DNA of 64,000 nucleotides from an uncultured bacterium. GTDB lineage: Bacteria; Edwardsbacteria; AC1; EtOH8. The notes beneath the pieces were generated by a model that saw nothing but the letters and a program-made list of their open reading frames with translations, was not told where the DNA came from and ran no database searches. Positions 59,738-64,000 of the stretch are shown here, in pieces. Location: contig CALMGM010000009.1 of the NCBI GenBank assembly GCA_937863685.1, forward strand, positions 178,403 to 242,402, given 5' to 3'. A program made the translations under genes and the position numbers. Positions within the stretch are counted from its first letter, which is position 1. The number at the start of each line of letters is the position of its first letter.

Positions 59738-59766
59738 ATTTTACAATAAATGGCCCGGCATGTCAA
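59738..59766 (-). promoter_or_regulatory. Consensus sigma70 promoter (TTGACA-N17-TAAAAT, minus strand) ~40 nt upstream of the hydrogenase operon start
   Basis: The + strand shows ATTTTA (59738-59743) and TGTCAA (59761-59766). Confidence 0.6.
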
Positions 59767-59880
59767 GGGTAAATTATCCGGCGCATTTTAGGGGTGGGCA
59801 ACAATTAGTGGTATTAAAGAGTGCTTAATGGCACTATCTGTAGTGGCAAACTTGCTTAATTACAGTTGTACCTGCATTAA

Positions 59881-59900
59881 CCCAGGCCTTAAGGCCTGGG
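59881..59900. promoter_or_regulatory. Perfect 20 bp palindrome CCCAGGCCTTAAGGCCTGGG upstream of the hydrogenase promoter. Further palindromes at 59921-59932 and 59979-60005.
   Basis: Read directly from the sequence. Confidence 0.5.
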
Positions 59901-60026
59901 TTATAAAACAGACGAAACCTAGCCTTTCGGCTAACTCACCCCGGTCATTCCCCTTCGCCTTAATATATAGCCATGACCTTCCCCTCTCTTTTAAAGAGAG
60001 GGGAATAAAAGGGGTGAGTTAAATAT

Positions 60027-60050
60027 AAAACCCCGCCTTTCGGCGGGGTT
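60027..60050 (-). terminator. Hairpin AAAACCCCGCCTTTCGGCGGGGTT downstream of gene 60067-61050. The same hairpin recurs at 61131 and 61573.
   Basis: Perfect 8 bp GC-rich stem. The sequence is identical at three sites. Confidence 0.6.
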
Positions 60051-60066
60051 ACTGCGGAAGAATGCA

Positions 60067-61050
60067 CTATTTATCCCGTGTTTTGTAAAATTGTTCGAAC
60101 ATCTTTTTTGCGGTTTTCGATTTTACAAGAGGCACCTCTGTGACTAATGGTTTGATGGCTGAAAAAAATGTAACGAGACGATAGCCTATAAGTGGGGAAT
60201 CGGTGCCTTCTGTCCGCTTATACTTACCATTGTAATAAATGTCTAGTGAGTATTTCGGTCCGGTTGAATCGTAAGTATCTTTTTTAAAGCGCATCCTATC
60301 AAGAGAACTGGTTTTTAACAGGTCTATAAAACGCCTATACAGTGAATCGCTCAAACAACCCTGATAATATCCCTGTTTCAATGCGTTTTTGTTGCCATAC
60401 TTATAAAGGCCCCATAATTGCATTGCGAATTTATTTCCATATAAATACATGGTTTTAGTGCTGTCAATTATTATCCTTAGGTCCCTTTCTATGAGCTTGC
60501 CTTGGGGTAAATATATCCCCCCTGTGTTGCCGCTTCCTATCGTCCCACCAGTGCCCTGTAGCCTGTTATGTTCGCAAAATAATAATCGGTCGAAAGAAAA
60601 TAATGTATCTTTTAAAATAGAGTATAGGGTTATCGTACGAGTACTATCAAATAAGTACCCGTCCTCAACAGCATGTCTATATTGCTTCCACTTGCTGTTG
60701 CGATAGGGACGGAGAACAAGCGAATCTGGATTCTGGTGTTCGATGATAAAGCAAACACCTATAGTATCAGCCGGTTGAAGATTATCTTCCGACATCGTGT
60801 CTGACAGGGATTGTGCCAGGCTACCCCCTCGTATCAAACGGGGCGTGAATAATTCCAGGCTATCCTCCCTCAAGGTATAATTAAACACATTCCAGTCGGT
60901 GCTGAAATCAAAAAATGCTACCGTATCAACAATGCGAAGGCTTTCAGAACTATTGCCCACCCAAAACCCTAAAATCGTATTTGCGTCCCTGGCGCCTGTC
61001 GCAATAGAAGTCAGCGAGACGCATAACGCAATAGTAAGAAATATTTTCAT
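60067..61050 (-). CDS. Secreted hypothetical protein in a low-GC island
   Basis: Signal peptide MKIFLTIALCVSLTSIATGA. No recognisable domain. Visibly A+T-rich codon usage. Confidence 0.5.
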   Translation of the reverse strand: MKIFLTIALCVSLTSIATGARDANTILGFWVGNSSESLRIVDTVAFFDFSTDWNVFNYTLREDSLELFTPRLIRGGSLAQSLSDTMSEDNLQPADTIGVCFIIEHQNPDSLVLRPYRNSKWKQYRHAVEDGYLFDSTRTITLYSILKDTLFSFDRLLFCEHNRLQGTGGTIGSGNTGGIYLPQGKLIERDLRIIIDSTKTMYLYGNKFAMQLWGLYKYGNKNALKQGYYQGCLSDSLYRRFIDLLKTSSLDRMRFKKDTYDSTGPKYSLDIYYNGKYKRTEGTDSPLIGYRLVTFFSAIKPLVTEVPLVKSKTAKKMFEQFYKTRDK

Positions 61051-61098
61051 AAGGCCCCCTTGTGATCTAAATCATGCCGAATGGCATTGCTTAATTAG

Positions 61099-61160
61099 CA
61101 TACCAAAACCAACTTCCGTCTGTCAACCAGAAACCCCGCCTTACGGCGGGGTTTTGTTGC
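61099..61160. repeat. ~60 nt repeat module (CATACCAAAAC...TGTCAACCAGAAACCCCGCCTTACGGCGGGGTT) ending in the shared hairpin. Second copy at 61541-61598.
   Basis: The two copies are ~80% identical across ~55 nt. Confidence 0.65.
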
Positions 61161-61178
61161 TTATATTTAACTATCATT

Positions 61179-61445
61179 TCATTTACTACAATATAAATAA
61201 TATAACAAAAACATTTGGAATAAACCCAATAAAATCAAAATAACTCCACCTATTTTTTTAGATTTAAAATTACTGGCTTGCGCTTTCATGTGATTTTTCT
61301 CATACATATCAAACCACCACTTAGGAGTCCTGTTTTTTAATAATTTCCGTTGTCCCTCAAAATAACTATTAGGTATGAACATAAAGCCAATACCCAAAAC
61401 TATCATTATGATTGAATATATGAATAGCTTAATATTTACAGACAT
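61179..61445 (-). CDS. Small two-TM membrane protein, hypothetical, low GC
   Basis: 88 aa with two hydrophobic helices (IIMIVLGIGFMFI, GGVILILLGLFQMFLLYYL). Confidence 0.4.
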   Translation of the reverse strand: MSVNIKLFIYSIIMIVLGIGFMFIPNSYFEGQRKLLKNRTPKWWFDMYEKNHMKAQASNFKSKKIGGVILILLGLFQMFLLYYLYCSK

Positions 61446-61540
61446 ATTTAAAACACCTAAATAAGTTTATGGAGTGTCCACTGTCGTTACATATAACACG
61501 TTTCCAAGCGCAATAATTTTGATAGTTAAACATTTTGAAT

Positions 61541-61598
61541 CATACCAAAACAATCCTCTACCTGTCAACAAGAAACCCCGCCTTTCGGCGGGGTTTCT
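61541..61598. repeat. Second copy of the ~60 nt repeat/terminator module, also serving as the groEL terminator
   Basis: CATACCAAAACAATCCTCTACCTGTCAACAAGAAACCCCGCCTTTCGGCGGGGTTTCTTCTG. Confidence 0.65.
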
Positions 61599-61635
61599 TC
61601 TGAATTCAATATTCTAAATTCGGTATTCCCGGATA

Positions 61636-63285
<1,650 letters not shown>

Positions 63286-63329
63286 TTATTCCTCTATATG
63301 ATTTTTATTTTTTGGCTTTAAATTGCTCT

Positions 63330-63384
63330 GTCATTCCCGTGAAAACGGGAATCCAGACTGGATACCCGCCTGCGCGGGTATGAC
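63330..63384. repeat. Bipartite hairpin repeat (GTCATTCCCGTGAAAACGGGAATCCAG + GATACCCGCCTGCGCGGGTATGAC) between groES and groEL
   Basis: Same architecture as 52949-53013. The stems show compensatory changes. Confidence 0.75.
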
Positions 63385-63398
63385 GAAAAGCGTTCTAT

Positions 63399-63704
63399 TT
63401 ACTTTTCGTGGATGACGGCCATGACGTCGTCGGACGACATGATCAGGTATTCCACGTCGTCGATCTTGACCTCGGTGCCGGAGTATTTGCCGTAAAGGAC
63501 CTTGTCGCCCTTCTTGATGTCCATCTCCATCCTGGTCCCGGAATCGGAGATCTTGCCCGGGCCCACCGCCACCACCTCGCCCTCCATGGGCTTTTCCTTG
63601 GCGGTGTCGGGAATGATGATCCCGCCTTTTTTGGTTTCCTTGGCCTCTGCCGGCTTAACCAATACCCTGTCGCCTAATGGCTTGATTTTGGTGACCGTTG
63701 ACAT
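63399..63704 (-). CDS. groES: Co-chaperonin GroES
   Basis: MSTVTKIKPLGDRVLVKP...EKTKGGIIIPDTAKEKP. Confidence 0.95.
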   Translation of the reverse strand: MSTVTKIKPLGDRVLVKPAEAKETKKGGIIIPDTAKEKPMEGEVVAVGPGKISDSGTRMEMDIKKGDKVLYGKYSGTEVKIDDVEYLIMSSDDVMAVIHEK

Positions 63705-63764
63705 ACCGTTCCTCCTGAATAATTATGGTTTTATTGATATTTTTTAATATTTGAACAGCTTTTA

Positions 63765-63793
63765 ATTATAATCAAATTTTGACTAAATTTCAA
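63765..63793 (-). promoter_or_regulatory. Consensus sigma70 promoter TTGAAA-N17-TATAAT (minus strand) for groES-groEL
   Basis: The + strand shows ATTATA (63765-63770), a 17 nt spacer and TTTCAA (63788-63793). No CIRCE inverted repeat was seen. Confidence 0.6.
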
Positions 63794-63862
63794 GCCCTTT
63801 ATCCATAAAACAACCATCTTCTTGCTAATATTTGCCGATTTTCTTTGGTGACAAGATGGGTC

Positions 63863-64000
63863 TCAAACATCAGTAATCGATCTAGTCTTTTGATTTGCAA
63901 TGGAATACAGATCAATGCGTTCGATATTGGCCTGTCCTTTTTCAATATCCTGACCGATGAGGACGTTTACGATCTGCCCGATTTTGGCCCCGCTGACATT
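63863..64000 (-). CDS. 3' end of an unidentified gene entering from the window edge
   Basis: This is the only open frame. It ends ...GAKIGQIVNVLIGQDIEKGQANIERIDLYSIANQKTRSITDV*. Confidence 0.3.
   Translation of the reverse strand, partial: NVSGAKIGQIVNVLIGQDIEKGQANIERIDLYSIANQKTRSITDV

Noticed and set aside
59821-59850. Possible sigma54 promoter (TGGCAC...TTGC) or CIRCE-like element near GAGTGCTTAATGGCACTAT
   Set aside because: The GG-to-GC spacing is wrong for sigma54. Only a 5 bp stem matches, nothing like the 9 bp CIRCE arms. A consensus sigma70 promoter lies 60 nt away instead.
63705-63860. CIRCE/HrcA operator upstream of groES
   Set aside because: No TTAGCACTC-N9-GAGTGCTAA-like inverted repeat is present. 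Only a sigma70-type promoter was found.

Overview
This 64 kb window comes from a high-GC diderm bacterium. Three traits point to the FCB group: two secreted proteins with T9SS C-terminal sorting domains, two PorV/PorQ-like beta-barrels and an MglA GTPase. Coding density is high. Most genes are housekeeping or envelope functions: ruvA, ruvC, a YebC-family regulator, cysS, recG, murA, a BamA/TamB pair, mlaEFD, a TetR/TolC/MFP/RND efflux set, a SurA-like chaperone, a galT-like gene plus glgA, and groES-groEL. The most distinctive locus is a 12-gene minus-strand operon (49430-59693) for a complex-I-like group-4 [NiFe] hydrogenase. It encodes all 11 complex-I core subunits (NuoA, B, C, D, H, I, J, K, L, M, N homologues), but the NuoD position retains both Ni-Fe cysteine motifs. 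A HycI-type maturation protease gene follows it. Inside this operon is an AT-rich ~500 bp insertion carrying a four-helix-bundle (23S rRNA IVS-type) gene broken by two in-frame stop codons. Other things worth a second look: (1) an A+T-rich tightly coupled cluster (2047-5697) of an MTS-type methyltransferase, an APH/Mph-like kinase, a shikimate-kinase-like P-loop kinase fused to a DUF454 membrane domain, and an HD phosphohydrolase; (2) a REP/BIME-like family of bipartite hairpin repeats (GTCAT...CCAG / GAT...ATGAC) in intergenic spacers, plus composite copies bracketing a T9SS cargo gene; (3) a low-GC two-gene island (60056-61600) in which each gene is followed by the same hairpin terminator module; (4) several near-consensus sigma70 promoters and long perfect palindromes upstream of the hydrogenase operon. 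No rRNA, tRNA or CRISPR array was recognised. All protein identifications rest on motif recognition by eye, with no database search. Many long ORFs in the six-frame track are antisense artefacts of high GC and were ignored.
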